Shown: piece after piece, positions 39,124-52,231 of the stretch
Position numbering within the stretch: the first letter of the stretch is position 1
Layout: each line of letters starts with the position of its first letter
Assembly: GCA_028023455.1 (NCBI GenBank)
Contig: JAQFVV010000006.1
Coordinates: 15,128,001 to 15,192,000 of the forward strand
From: Epiperipatus broadwayi
Lineage: Eukaryota > Animalia > Onychophora
Reading direction: 5' to 3'
DNA length: 64,000 nucleotides
Position numbers and translations under genes: made by a program
The notes under the pieces: model-generated
What the model saw: only the letters and a program-made list of their open reading frames with translations
Told to the model about the DNA's origin: nothing
The model's database searches: none

Positions 39124-41812
39124 TGAAACAGTAGGGTCTGCTTTGCAGATCTTCGTTTCACCTTTTATCACCTACTTCCTACCCTCATACCTTAGTTTGA
39201 ACCCCAATCTATCGTAGTGTGTCTGCAATACACTTATATACCGGAAATCCCGCCTAATTTTAAACCACGAGCACAATGCTCGTATTATATATATAACTTA
39301 TTCCAAAATAAAATAAAATATTATGAATTATGTATTTGTTCACATAATTTACATTTATTAAAAAGTAAGTTATATAAGTCGTAATTGCGCACACACTATG
39401 ATATCCATTTTAAAACATATCAAAATTATAAATTGTTAGTTATTTTGTTTGGATCTATTTACAAATATATTACCGTCGTAATATATTTTGATTTAAAATA
39501 TAATTCATTTAGTAAATATTCGTTTAGTAGATAGATTCAAATATTACAATTTAAAATAAAATAATTTTCGTTTTATTTAATAAAAATCATCCCAAATATT
39601 TCTGTTAAAATAAATGAGGGACAATAGTTTAATTATATAAGTTTATCTAAAAACAGCAGCTGTCCACTTAAGTTTTCTTTAATTAGTAGCAGTAATTTTA
39701 ATTAAATCTAGTTTGTAATTCGAATGTCGACGGGGAAGTTAACAAAAGAAATTAATTAATGTTGAATTCCTTTAGACATTCGGATAGATTTAATTACAGC
39801 AGATAAGTCCGATAATTTTGTACGCTCCAGGACAAATCTATTGTTAAATTTTACTATAAAAAGGATGTTTTTCTTTTGTTCTCCATTCTAAGCTTTTAAA
39901 GAATTCTGAGTTGTCTAAAGGTTTCTGAGTTGTTCTAAAATTCTAATAATTTGCTAACCTTGACATGTCCGAGTAGAGGCGTTTAAGATGGCTATGTCCC
40001 CTCGGAATAGCCAGCCGCTGCTCTATACCATCAAAAATTATCACACGGATCCCGGAACTGCTGCTGCCGCTGCCAAAATATGAACATTCCAGATTTTGCT
40101 GCTAAATTATAAAACCTGCCGAACATCTACCTGCAAATGCTTCTCCAGAGGTAACCTAAATTAACCCAAGAGCTCTTGTGATTCCTAACTAACATGCTAT
40201 AGCTATTTAACATTGTTTTCTTATATTTCACAACTTCATTATGTATTTATTTCATGTATTTAAATATACTCAACAGTTTGCTCTCTATCCTTGAGTTAAT
40301 ATTTTCTATTTATAAAGATTTCTTTTATTTTATTATGATAATGTGTCAGAATCGCCTTTGACCGAGTGAACTATTCCCTCTATTGAAAGTAAGACGCCGC
40401 TATTAAGGCATATTTTAAATTTATAATTTTCCAATTTTATTATCTTGCAAATCACTCGTTCGAGGGCGATTCTTTTCTTTAATGTAATATAATCACATAG
40501 TTTAAAATCTACATGTTATTGATTTTAATCTAATATAAGAGTATGTGCGAAGTCAATGATTTAAATGTGTCCCAAATGCATGATTGCGTATATAAATCTA
40601 TACTTACTTTTCAAACCCGCAAGCATGCATTTTCCTAATTTAATTACCGTGTTCTACTTTCATTATAAAGTTCATCATTGACGTCGAGAATGTGCGGACC
40701 CTGTTAAATGAATTTCGGGAATTTGATTGGGCATTTCTCTTAATCCGAGTAAAACCCATTTAGTATGTTTTTATATACACTAGTCTCGTATTGCTGGTAC
40801 ATGAATTGGTTGTTGAGACCGCTTTGTTTTATTTTTCCAAGGATTCTTTACACGGCAAAGTCCGTTCTTTTCGCTTATTGCAAGTTTCCAGGCAGAGGGT
40901 GTTCACAAATGACACCCCTGGGAATTAAACGCAATCGTCACACAGTCGCTAAGTTTCGGCTGTTCGTCAAAATACTTTCCTATGGGTTAGCGGCGAGATG
41001 CCCTCCGTAATTATTCCGGATCTTCAATATTGCTTCATTTTATATTTATTTTACAAAGCATCCGTGACTTAAACGAGTCACACCCTCCAACTTTATAAAT
41101 TCACTATCAGCAATACTGACCTCCCAATACAAATCTTATTATTATTCTCAAATAAATGCTTTGATCCCATTCCCACGTTTGCTTAGTAAGCTTTAGTCCG
41201 TACTATTCTCGAAATCAATAAATATTTTAGAACATTTAATTTCAAATATTGTCTTAAACTTGTCTATTTACTCAAAGCACCTCGCACATGTTCCTATCTT
41301 GTCAAGCACATTATCGTAACGCTATTAGCCCGAGGAATAGAATATATCATTCTGTTTTAAAACCTTTTGTCATTACTGAAATATAAATGCCAACAATTAT
41401 TTAATACGCGTCCCTGTCTCATAAAAGCAGACAGTGGCGTTTTATATATATATAAATTGTGTGAAATTATTTAAAACTAAATTTTGTCTCTTATTTTATT
41501 TGATTCCTATCACTGTCTCGGTCTATATATATATATTTTCTGCATTTCTTTTATAAATCCATAGACGTTAATTAGCCACCCAAACTTATCTTAGTATAGA
41601 GTCTTTTGTTTCTCCCTGACCACCAGGCACCGGTAAAAGGTTATACTAGTTGTAGCATCAGATGCGTTATCACGTAGGTGGCGCTGTGAAATTTGGACTT
41701 TAGATTCGAACTTAGTATATCTAGAAGGCAACCCCTTCTAGAATGTTCAGTTTAGTGTCTGGGGTTTGAATTATGCAGTGTGTTAGCGAGATAGACGATT
41801 CTGACCGTTACA
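39124..41812. mobile_element. 2689 bp solo-LTR-like insertion with TG..CA termini and ATAC TSD
   Basis: ATAC|TGAAACAGTAG...GACCGTTACA|ATAC. Ends resemble 8811-11738; the interior is CpG-richer than the flanks; no long ORF. Confidence 0.75.
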
Positions 41813-42424
41813 ATACTGATATCAATTCCCACTATGTTTGAAAATCTCAAAAAAAAAAAAAAAGATAACTTTCTGATTGTATTTTTTTTTTTTTTTACTT
41901 GTGTTAGAAATGCACTTATATAATCTCTCAAATTGTAAGACTCGACGGAAAATAATTACAATTAGATTTTTTTTTTTAAAAAAATGTACTTGTTTGCTTT
42001 AAACATTCCCTTATAACAGTGGATCTCAAGTTTTTAGTATTTGAGACCCAACTTTCCATATCAGCTTTAATCATGCGCCCTTTCCAATGATTTTTTGAAG
42101 TCCTAATATTTTTTTCCGATATTTATTTTTCTTTTGCTTATATGTATTTACATATTGTAAGGGTGATATTTTATTTTTATATTAACAGAATATATCTTTT
42201 CTTATTTGGGTTTCAATTATTATTAGGTTTTATTTCCAATTTTTTTGTTGTCTTTTTTTTATGTCTTTGTGACTCCCTGGATGTTGCACCCCACAGACTG
42301 AGAATCACCGCTTTATAACATTTAATTATATATTGTTATTTATTTTGAAATTTAATGTTTGGGATTATGCAGAGATTAATTTCTATAAAGAAAATAAAAA
42401 CATTCAATAATATAAAACAATGTA

Positions 42425-42752
42425 AACATCCATGACCACCACTTCTTATGACTGTATAAGCTAATGGGCTTGGATTGAAAACATTAAGGTGTTTTTCAAT
42501 TTAAGACTCATAGTTTTGTAGTTAAGTGGAGATAAAAGGTGACTGCTGGAGGGTTGTATTAGATCCTAAGATCTATGTGCAGTGCTCTCAGATGCAAGGT
42601 TCCTCACTGATGAAAGCCACAAGCTAAAAACTAGTCTGGGGATATTGGATGAGTAGGCACTAGATGGGGATTTTATGCACAAGCTTTCTGGCATCCATTG
42701 ATTACTCTAGCTTGCTGTGTGTGGCAATACGTATAGTGAGTTTTGCCTGTTT
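42425..42752 (+). mobile_element. Family A unit with HHR (core G12 to A), flanked by a 14 bp direct repeat
   Basis: TCCTCA-CTGATGA(42607-42613)-AAGCCACAAGCTA-AAAAC-TAGTC-TGGGGA. TATAAAACAATGTA at 42411-42424 and 42753-42766; the repeat partly overlaps the element consensus. Confidence 0.85.
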
Positions 42753-43027
42753 TATAAAACAATGTATTAATGATAATTTTTAGGCCCCTGTGCAAAAAAA
42801 AAAGTTCCTTTTAAATATTTAGAACATATACCTTAATGCTTTTTTAAATTTTATACTTATAACAAAAAGCCCCCTAAGATCTAGAAATCTATGTACATTG
42901 GTTTGATTTGCTTCGTGATAACTATGTGATTAATATAAAATAACATAAAAAACTTGTTAATTAACATCAATTATCTCTTACCACGATCATTCCCATTCTG
43001 TACAATTCTGTATATATTGTGTTTTAT

Positions 43028-43425
43028 CAGTCCTTACTTATGGATTTGAGACTTGGACACTTGACAGAAGAGGAATCCAGAAACTTCACACCACTTAAAC
43101 AAGTATGGAGAGTTATATGTTAAGAATAACTAGAAGAGATCGAAAACGTAATACATGGATGAGAAAACACGCATATGTTACTGACATTATTGAAAAAATT
43201 AAGAGACTGAAGTGGAGTTGGGCTGGTTTCCTAGAAGAGATGATAATATATGGACAGTTGAAATCTTAAACCAGATTCCAAAAGATTATAAAAGATCTAG
43301 AAAGAGACCAAATGTATGAAATAAGCAAGTATGTGGGCTAATGTGGAGAAGAGAGGCTAGAGATGAAAAAAGATGGATTGAACTTGGAGAGACCTTCATC
43401 CTGCAGTAAATGATAATGATGATGA
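43028..43425 (+). mobile_element. 5'-truncated RTE 3' end
   Basis: YGFETWTL...KWSWAG and a TGATAATGATGATGA tail; homologous to 22174-22600. Confidence 0.85.
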
Positions 43426-43939
43426 ACATCTCTAATGATTTTTGATAAGCTTCTAAAATAAGTGAACATTTAATCATTTTTTATCTGACAAATAGAATGG
43501 TAGTGATATAAGAAAAGGTAGTCAGTATTTGCAAATATATTTAAATGATTCTGTGAGAATCTAGCTTCTGAATTATCTTAGTAATATTTCCAGACTTGAC
43601 TGTTCATGAATAGATTGCAATGCTAAGTATATATTTTTATTTTAAAAAAACTACATTCAAAACACTAGTCTTGTATTAAGCATTTTTTTCTTTCCTATTA
43701 ATAAACTAGACTGTAATTATTTTTTTAAAAAAATACTATTTTCAAATGTTTAGCAATGAACAAAAAAGATTCATCATTCTTGACTAAAAACAAATATAGG
43801 CAACATCCTGTCCTCAAAGTCCATAATCCAGCCCGTGTACATTTTTGGATGTCTGAAAATTTCAGATTTTCTACTTAATAGTTATCCATGAGATAAAGTG
43901 CTGAGCTTGGCCTGGGATTTTAAATCTAATACTTCAATA

Positions 43940-43990
43940 TCCTAGCACCTCACTGAGGAAGCCAGAAACAGAAACCGGTCTGGGGTTGGG
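43940..43990 (+). ncRNA. Minimal hammerhead, family B/C
   Basis: CCTAGCACCTCA-CTGAGGA(43953-43959)-AGCCAGAAACA-GAA-ACCGGT-C-TGGGGTTGGG. Palindromic helix III; helix II decayed. Confidence 0.65.
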
Positions 43991-44989
43991 CATATTCTGA
44001 AAAGCTTGTTAAGCTTATTAGATAACATTTGTAATACAAGCTTGTTAAAGTAGGTCACGTGATATATGACTTGATTTCTTTGCAATTACATTTCCAAAAA
44101 TGTATAGTAAAATGGTCACCAATAGAAAATGTTTATTCATTTTTATTAAAAAAAATCTTGTATAAAAAAAAATCCCGCCTCACTTATAATTCCTATGGAT
44201 AAAACTTCTATACATGGTGATATTCCAGTGTTATGATACTGCATGCAAGCCTTTGATTAAACGCTTCAATTGTTTATTTTTCTTTGAAAGTGAGTTGACC
44301 ACGCCAGGCCATTCTACATTTCTAGCGATTTTTAGGCCACAGTTCTCAAAACTGCAGGTAATCAAGGTTCTTCAATGACACCTGTAATAAATCTATTAGC
44401 ATAGTTGTGTAGTAATAGTGTACAGTTGCTGTGCAAGTGTTTATAAAATGAAGTCGTGTTACCTGTGAAGGTATTGTTGGCAATGACCTAAGGTAAAACT
44501 CATACATTTAATTTAATTTTACTATTATTATACTTTTTTTTTTTTTATTAGGATAACTATTATCAATGAGATGAGAAAAGTTGATATAGAAGAATCATGC
44601 ATTTGGAAAGATAAGTGAAACAATATGTATTTTATTGTGGAACAAAATAATAAGCTGATAAATAACAAATATGGAAATAAATAATTTTATACCACTTTTA
44701 TATTCTTTTATTTTGAACCCCTAAAAATGGTGGCCTTCATCTACATCAGAAAAGTTTAGTCCATTATGTTATATTTATATAAGAAGAGAAGTTTGTTTAT
44801 AGTTGAAAGCAGAAAAATTGTATAATATAAATTGTAAACAACGGAAACATAAAAAGTGGAAATCATAAAAGCACAATGTTTTCAAAGAAAAAGTAAAGTA
44901 CTCCAGAAGAAAAGATAAGAAATAATTAATTATAGAAAAAGATTGCTTAAAGAAATAAAAACAAAAGGATAGTCGTTTATTTAATAAGA

Positions 44990-45208
44990 AATAATGATAA
45001 TAGATAGACAATTGAAATTTTGAACTGGATTCCAAGAGATTGTAAAAGACCCAGAAAGAGACCACATGTGAGATGGATGGATGAAATAAGTAAGTGTGCA
45101 AGGGTGATGTGGAGAAGAGAAGCTAAAGATAGGAAAAGATGGGTTGAACTTGGAGAGATCTTCATCCTGCAGTGGATTGATAATTGTTGATGATGATGAT
45201 GATGATGA
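44990..45208 (+). mobile_element. 5'-truncated RTE 3' end
   Basis: GGAGATCTTCATCCTGCAGTGGATTGATAA followed by a (TGA)n tail. Confidence 0.8.
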
Positions 45209-46315
45209 ATTAATTACGGAATTTTGAAATGCTAAAGTCTTTTTCGTTTAATTAACGAAATACTAATGGTAAGAAAAAATGGAAATTAAAAACAGGAAAG
45301 ATTTTATTTGTGATTAAATTAAAATATACTAATTAAATATATTAAGGTGTGATTTAATTTAATTACTGTGAAGATAAGAAAATATGAATGATATAAATAG
45401 GGAGAAATTTTGGCTACAACTGTTCTGTTTTCATTGTCTTTCATGGGAGATGTCTTTGTTGTCGAGCAGTTAGTTGAACAAAATCACTGTGAGTGTTAAC
45501 CTACAGTCATCGAGGAGCTTCCTATTTCAGGTACTAATTACCTGAAGGCTCATGAACTGATTAGGATTCCATATAGATCGTCCTGATCTTATTATTATTT
45601 TTATATGCCCAAGGAGGCTTGCAAAGATATTACTACCAGAGGGTAATATGATTTTATTTTGTCAGTTAAACTTTTAATTAATATTGTGGATTGAGAAATT
45701 AGAACTAACTCTAGTGAAATACATTTATATGTGCAGATGTGCAGAACAGTATTAAGATTGAATTCTAAATGTTTTGTGCAGAACAGTATTAAGATTTAAT
45801 TCTAAATGTTTCAGTTAATATAGATTGCATAGTGGTGTTATATATTTTGTCTGTTTATTCAATAAATAAGTTATTTTCATTATATTGGATATTTGAATTT
45901 TAAATTCCCAGTTACCGTACTTTACTGCGATCTGATACATTTTCTTGTACACTGAAAAAAATTGTCCAACACCTTACTTAGACTGTCCAAAATTAGATTT
46001 AAAATATTTTCACATTTGAGCATTCAGTCTTTTGGATAATACAATTTGAGAATTTTAATTCATTACTTTTAAACTATGCAGTTTATCAGAAGCAAATTTC
46101 TTTTCTATTATCATTAATTACAATTAAACTTGCAGATTAGAATAAAAAGTAAATCATGAATTTATAACTGATTGAAGCTTTAACATCCCCCTCCCCCCTG
46201 TAGATAGGCCTACTTTACATTACAATAGTATTTTTTTTTTATCTTCATAGTCAGCATATCAATAATCATCTGATTAGTTTAGATTATTATTGGACCTTTA
46301 TTCTTTAGACCAGCT

Positions 46316-47855
46316 CAGCGTTTCCCAACCTGTGGTACGCGTACCACTGGTGGTACATGAGTTGCTGGTTGGTGGTACACGAAAAATAATCAATAACGGT
46401 GGACATAAAAAATTAAATCATAAAAATATCATAGAAACGTTTTTTCCTATAATTCATAAAAATTATTTTAATGAATAATATTATACAGTAAAGTTGTTAA
46501 TATGTACAGTCGATGATCAAAAATCCAGCAATTGATATCGTTTTTTTTTTTTTTTTTGGAGTGCACTTTTAAATTTAGCCATTAACCACCAGTAACTTGA
46601 GATGTCGCCGCCACTGTTGTGATAGTGCTGCACTCTCATTCACTTCACCGCATGACTTACAAGTGACAGGTTATTGTTTGTGATTGTATCATCTTTGTTT
46701 ATTAAAATTTATTGATCCCTAAATAACCTGCTTATTCGAACTTAGACAAGAAGCACAGGTTTTTTTTTTAAGACAATCCTTTTGATCTCTCTTCGAAACT
46801 GTATGATTTTGATTGGCTTCAGGTGCTTGCATATTTATCTGATATTTTTTGCAAATAAATGAACTTAAATTTGACACTTCAGAATAACTCGATAACGATC
46901 TTTAATGTTAATGATAAAATTGAAAGTATGATTAAGAAATTAGATTTTTGGAAATAGTGTATTGAAAACAATCAACCGGAAAAATTCGAAACTCTACATA
47001 TTTTTTTGTTTGAAAATAAGGTTAGTCTGTCTCAAGATATACAGAAAATATAATAGCACATTTAACAGGATTAAAATTGTCTTTCATGGAATATTTTCCA
47101 AAACCCGAAAACACAAATGATAAGTGGATTTCAAACCCCTTCTATGAAGAAAATTTAGAAAAAGCTACATCATTATCAATAAAAGAGAAAGAAAATTTAA
47201 TAGAATTATTGACACAATCTAATTAATTTTGGTTAAACATTAAAGAATATGAACAGTTTTCTGAGAAAGCTCTTAAATTATTATTACCATTTACTAGTAT
47301 GGAATTAGTAGAAAGAGCTTTTTCTTCATATATTTTTTTTAAAAAAAAGTATTGAAACAGATTGAATGCAGTATTGAAACAGATTGAATGCAGCTGTAGA
47401 CTTACGGGTATATCTTGCATCTTCTGAACCAAATTTCAAAAAATTATGTTCTTCGAAACAAGCACAAGGATCTCATTAAATTTATTTTATAAAAACATTT
47501 GATTATAATAAAAAAATATATTAATTGGGTTTTTATAATTTTGTGTTTTTATTAAAACCATTTATTAGTAAATGAAATATGACAAAATAGTAGATAAATA
47601 TGATATTTTGAACAAACACATACATATATGTTACAGTGAGTTTATAATCCAACATGACGTTTAGGCATGTTACAATGTAATTTGTAACATTACGTGATGT
47701 GAATACATGGTCACCCTATAATATGTGTAATGCAAATAAAATAACACACTCGCAATAACAAATTTCACAAAATACAATCATTTTTACGAAGTGGTACAAT
47801 TTAGCATGATATACTACCAAGTGGTACGTGAGCCAAAAAAGGTTGGGAAACGCTG
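46316..47855 (+). mobile_element. hAT (Buster-type) internally deleted DNA transposon
   Basis: TIR CAGCGTTTCCCAACCT / AGGTTGGGAAACGCTG. 8 bp TSD-like CTTTAGAC (nnnTAnnn) at 46303-46310 and 47856-47863. Decayed C-terminus KWISNPF...KALKLLLPFTS..LVERAFS...KQAQGSH*. Confidence 0.9.
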
Positions 47856-47974
47856 CTTTAGACAATAAAACCAGATACTCATTTACTGACCAATAACTGG
47901 ATGTTTGGAAGTTGGTTATGGCTCGGCTATCTGGAAAAAAAAAATTTAAGTCCTATTTATGACCTGAAAAGATT

Positions 47975-48059
47975 AAAGTTTCTCCCAGTCTATATTCGAA
48001 CCTGACAGATTGTGAGAATATCAGGCAAGAATGCTAACCACAACACCAAAACAGTCTGC
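47975..48059 (-). mobile_element. tRNA-derived SINE-like head
   Basis: Minus strand TGGTGTTGTGGTTAGCAT (A-box-like) and GGTTCGAAT (B-box). Confidence 0.5.
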
Positions 48060-48449
48060 AAATTAATAATCCATAATATAGCAAATAAGTATTTCAAACA
48101 AATTATTTCTTTTTCTATATATACTTTATTTTAAAAACTATGCTTAATAAAATTTTAATTACTACAATAAATAAGAACTACTCTTGAATACAAAAATTCA
48201 AAACCTTAAATATTCAACAAATTCTCTACAACTGAAGAATTCTTGGTAGTGAATGCTTATATTATTATTTTATATAGTCACAGGGCATATATCCCATTTT
48301 CTAACATATTTTACATCTATTTAATTTACATAGATGAAAGTGTGTATCAAATTTAATACAATGTAATGAATTCATTTATAAAATAACATTTAACAAATAA
48401 TAATCATTTTATAAATTAATGGACTTAGAAATATATACACACAAACTTG

Positions 48450-48860
48450 GATAGATGAAATTTCTAATCACAGTGCTTCAAACATTTATAGTGTGGTGAT
48501 TATACCAAAACTAATTGCTTTGAAGTGTGTAATGCATTTTGGAATCATCTCTCAATAGCCGCTTAAAGCATCGCTAATTTTCCACACAGAAGAACCGATC
48601 TTCTTATATCAATGTTTATCTTTGCCAAATTGGCCGATTTATAAAAGATTATTGTATTCATAAATGCTGCTTTAATATTAAGTTGGTTGTTCTAAAATTA
48701 TTAATATAAGATCAGGTGTTAGAGGTGATATTCTAGACAGTTGATGAGAAGGATCCTAAAATGCATTGCAGACACGCAAAGGGATTGGTCAGTTTTTTAC
48801 ATAGTATGGTGATCAAATAATAAATGTTTGAAGCACTGTGATTGGCACTTACATCTATCA
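48450..48860. repeat. Decayed foldback/MITE-like inverted repeat
   Basis: AATCACAGTGCTTCAAACATTTA / TAAATGTTTGAAGCACTGTGATT, with further imperfect symmetry inward and outward. Confidence 0.75.
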
Positions 48861-49498
48861 ATCAAAATTTATTTATAAATATCTTCAAAGATAATGATAA
48901 CAACTACACAGGTAAAAAAGTTACCTTTCAGATTCACTTTCTTCAGACCAACAAATTTTTTCGATAAAATATAATGTAATCAAAGATAAAATTTCCACAA
49001 TTATATCTGAATTCCATATATTCTAAAATATAACATATATGCATATATATAAGTCAGACTCTGATTATTGATTTTGCAGTGAAATATAAAAAATGTGTAA
49101 AAACTTCAGATTTTGAATCAAGGTTTATATATATAAACCTAATCACAAACAAATAAATCCGAATACAATATGGAGATAATTCACAAGAATCGTTTAAATG
49201 ATTTTGCAAATCACAGCTTTATCAAATATGTAACAATAAAAACATAAACTTATTCAATGAACAAACAAGTTTGAATATATTATTAAGATAATTCACAATC
49301 TATTATTCCCAAAAAATCATTTAAATGAGTTTCTAAATGATGACCCTTTTATTATATCAATTTAGTTTGTCCGATAAAAGATGACTTTCATTTATTACTA
49401 TATAATAAACTGAAGATCAGATAAAAGTGATAATCTTTTATCTTAGGAATGTATTTTGGACTTGTTTTTCTCTATGAATAAGTTAATTATTATATGTA

Positions 49499-50354
49499 CG
49501 AGATGTGATAATTTAATTCCTGGAATGCCTTTGTAAAATATACACGTGAAGGTGTACCCTAGTGGCTACTGTCATCTTCAGAATATTCCCCTTGTGCATT
49601 TATAAACTGATTAAAATGGCATTCCCATTTCTAAAAGTACATCTGGAACTCAATTTCAAGAATATTGTTCAGCAGCTCACATTTTTTTAAATATCAGTTA
49701 CAGTAGAATTTCTTAGTCCTTTTGGTGCAGTTTTTAATTTTGGAAAAAAACCAAAATCACAGGGAGTTAAATCAGATAAATCGGCAGGAAAGTCTAGTTG
49801 TGCAATTGATTTTTTAGCCAAAAAGCCTTAGTTCACCATCAAGATCTGAGGTACAAACTTCACAGAAATCTTTCTCGTGCCCAATTCTTTATTTAAAATT
49901 AGCCTAAATGTTACTCGATTAATCTGCAATTCTTCAGCTATCAATCTCACACTTAATCATCTGTTAAAACGTATTGTATCTCACACTTTGTTAACATTAA
50001 CGTCAGTCTTTTTTTGGGGGGGTTGGGGTTCTACTTCTGGAATCATCTGTCATACCTTCTCATTGATTTTTGAGCTTCTTATGCCACTCAATCACACTCA
50101 ATTTCTTCATAGCACTATCAGCAGACGCTACTTGCAACAGTTGTAATGTTTCAGTAGGACCTTTCCAGTTTTTCAAACAAAATTTTATATTAATATTTTG
50201 CTCAAAATATTAATATTAATATTTATTTTCTTCTCAATAGGTAACTAACAACTAGATCTATCAGCTTAAAATTTACAAACATGTTAGTTTAAACATGTTC
50301 AAACAAAAATACTCATGGATAAGGCCATTCTAAGAATTAAATTGTCACACCTCA
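49499..50354 (-). mobile_element. mariner, internally deleted (856 bp)
   Basis: TA-flanked TIRs CGAGATGTGATAATTTAATTC / GAATTAAATTGTCACACCTCA. Remnants DLTPCDFGFFPKLK and NAQGEYSE, plus an N-terminal HTH piece (PTETLQLLQVA...EWHKK). Confidence 0.88.
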
Positions 50355-50521
50355 TATACCCCCAAAAGCTGGTTATATATCATCTTACATAATAAAAGTT
50401 AAACATTGTTGAAATCCAAGTGAAATAAAGAGGTGATTTGCCTGATATAGAATAAGATGGAATGTTAAAAAAACTGAAAAATGTAATATCAATAATACTC
50501 ACAAATACAAAGATACCAGAT

Positions 50522-50735
50522 TTTCCTAAAAACAACTACAAAAATAGTAATAACACAAATGGAACAATTCAACAGAAAATGTTCTAATAGGACAAAGGTA
50601 TGCAGAAAAGAAGAACCATGAAAATAATTTCCTAAAAACAACTACAAAAATAGTAATAACACAAATGGAACAATTCAACAGAAAATGTTCTAATAAGACA
50701 AATGGTATGCAGAAAAAAAGAACTATGAAAATAAT
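50522..50735. repeat. ~105 bp tandem duplication
   Basis: TTTCCTAAAAACAACTACAAAAATAGTAATAACAC occurs twice. Confidence 0.85.
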
Positions 50736-51726
50736 TTAAAATAAATTATTTAGAAGTGAATTGTGGACTTTCTAAAAATGAAAGTTAATGATGACATGAA
50801 AAACTATAACTGAAATGTCAAAAAAAAAAAAAACAATCCCAAAGGTATTAGAAGAAAAGTCATTTCAATAATGAAAAAAATGACACAATTCCTAAAAACA
50901 GGAAAGACCTCATGAAATGTGGTAAAATTCTATAAGAACTACCATATTTTCTGGCATATAGGAAGCACTTTTTTCCTCTCAAAATACACCTAAAATATGG
51001 GGTGCCTTTTATGGGACAATAATCAAAATTATGAGTTGAAATTTCAGTCAGAAAACTTCTGATTTATATTAAAATACTGAGATGGTTATGTGTCTCATGC
51101 CACACAACATAATAGAGTGTGTGCATATATATATATATAAGGTTGAAAGGAAAATAAGCATACAATTTCTAATTCTTCTTTCTTAAAAATGATGATGACA
51201 GTAGGCATGCTAATGGGTGATAGTTAAAAGTAAATGGTCTGGAAAATAGTTTACTAATCTCAATATTAGTATCAATTAAAAATACTCAACAGTATAAACT
51301 TTCCAATATATTTGACACATCTTCCATTTTTCTTGCATTGTTTATATTAAATCTTTAAAAAAATTACACCCTTTCCACAATGCTTTATTTAATAGTTTCG
51401 ATTGTCTAGCAATTTTCTTCAGAGCTCTTAATTTCTATCCAATTATTAAGATCTGACGACAGACTGCTGTACAGGCATTAAATAAAGCATGATGGAAAGT
51501 ACATAGATCAATATAAAGTTAAGATTACTTTAAGCTCTTAAATCTTGCAGTACTAAGTTTTTTTAAGACAATTGATAAATCATAGGCTTGCAAATGAGAT
51601 GTACTATCGATAAACGAACTACATGCTGTACAGTTTAATAAAATAGGAGACATATGAGTCGTTATGTTTGAACTCGTAAACTAGCAGCAACAATGCCTAG
51701 CACTAACAGTATGAAACAAATAAATA

Positions 51727-52231
51727 TGTGTTCTCTTATAGCATTTATTATTAAATAAAAAATAATAATAAAATAAGCATGTTTAAAAAATATTTGCTCT
51801 TTATTACATATTGGTAATTACAAGCTATATAGGTCATGTGATTTATCACTTGGTTTTATTACAATTATAATTTTTGTTATTGAAGCTTTGGCTGTATTAA
51901 ATTGCTAAGGCTATTAATATATGGAGTATCTGAATTTAGTTCAGGCCCATACAGCTATTTTAGTTGGAGAGTTGACTTTGAAGACATTAGATGTCTGAAA
52001 GTTTCAGATCTTAATAGTTAAGTATTAGATAAATGCTTGATTAGAGTTGGTATTTTTGAATCTGATGTCCTAGCTCATCACTGAAGGGAGCCATAGTTCG
52101 AAACCAGTCTGGGGATGAGGACAATCATAGATACAGATTTGAATGCGTTCTCTTATAGCATTTATCATAAAAAAAATTAAATAAAAAAACAATAATAAAA
52201 TAAGCTTGTTTAGAAATTTGCTCTTTATTAT
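51727..52231 (+). mobile_element. 417 bp monomer with ~85 bp terminal direct repeats and an HHR (family B/C)
   Basis: GTTCTCTTATAGCATTTAT at 51730 and 52147. GATGTCTGAAAxTTTCAGAT and TCCTAGC are shared with 43845-43950. Confidence 0.75.
52067..52122 (+). ncRNA. Minimal hammerhead, family B/C, core mutated
   Basis: GTCCTAGCTCATCA-CTGAAGG-GAGC-CATA-GTTC-GAAAC-CA-GTC-TGGGGATGAGGAC. A9 is changed to G. Confidence 0.65.

Noticed and set aside
41672-41688. CTCF-like motif CGTAGGTGGCGCTG
   Set aside because: A single short match inside a mobile element is not evidence of binding.
49400-49460. CTGAAGA followed by a 9 bp hairpin
   Set aside because: GAAA is replaced by GGAA and helices I and III are unconvincing; at best a very old HHR.
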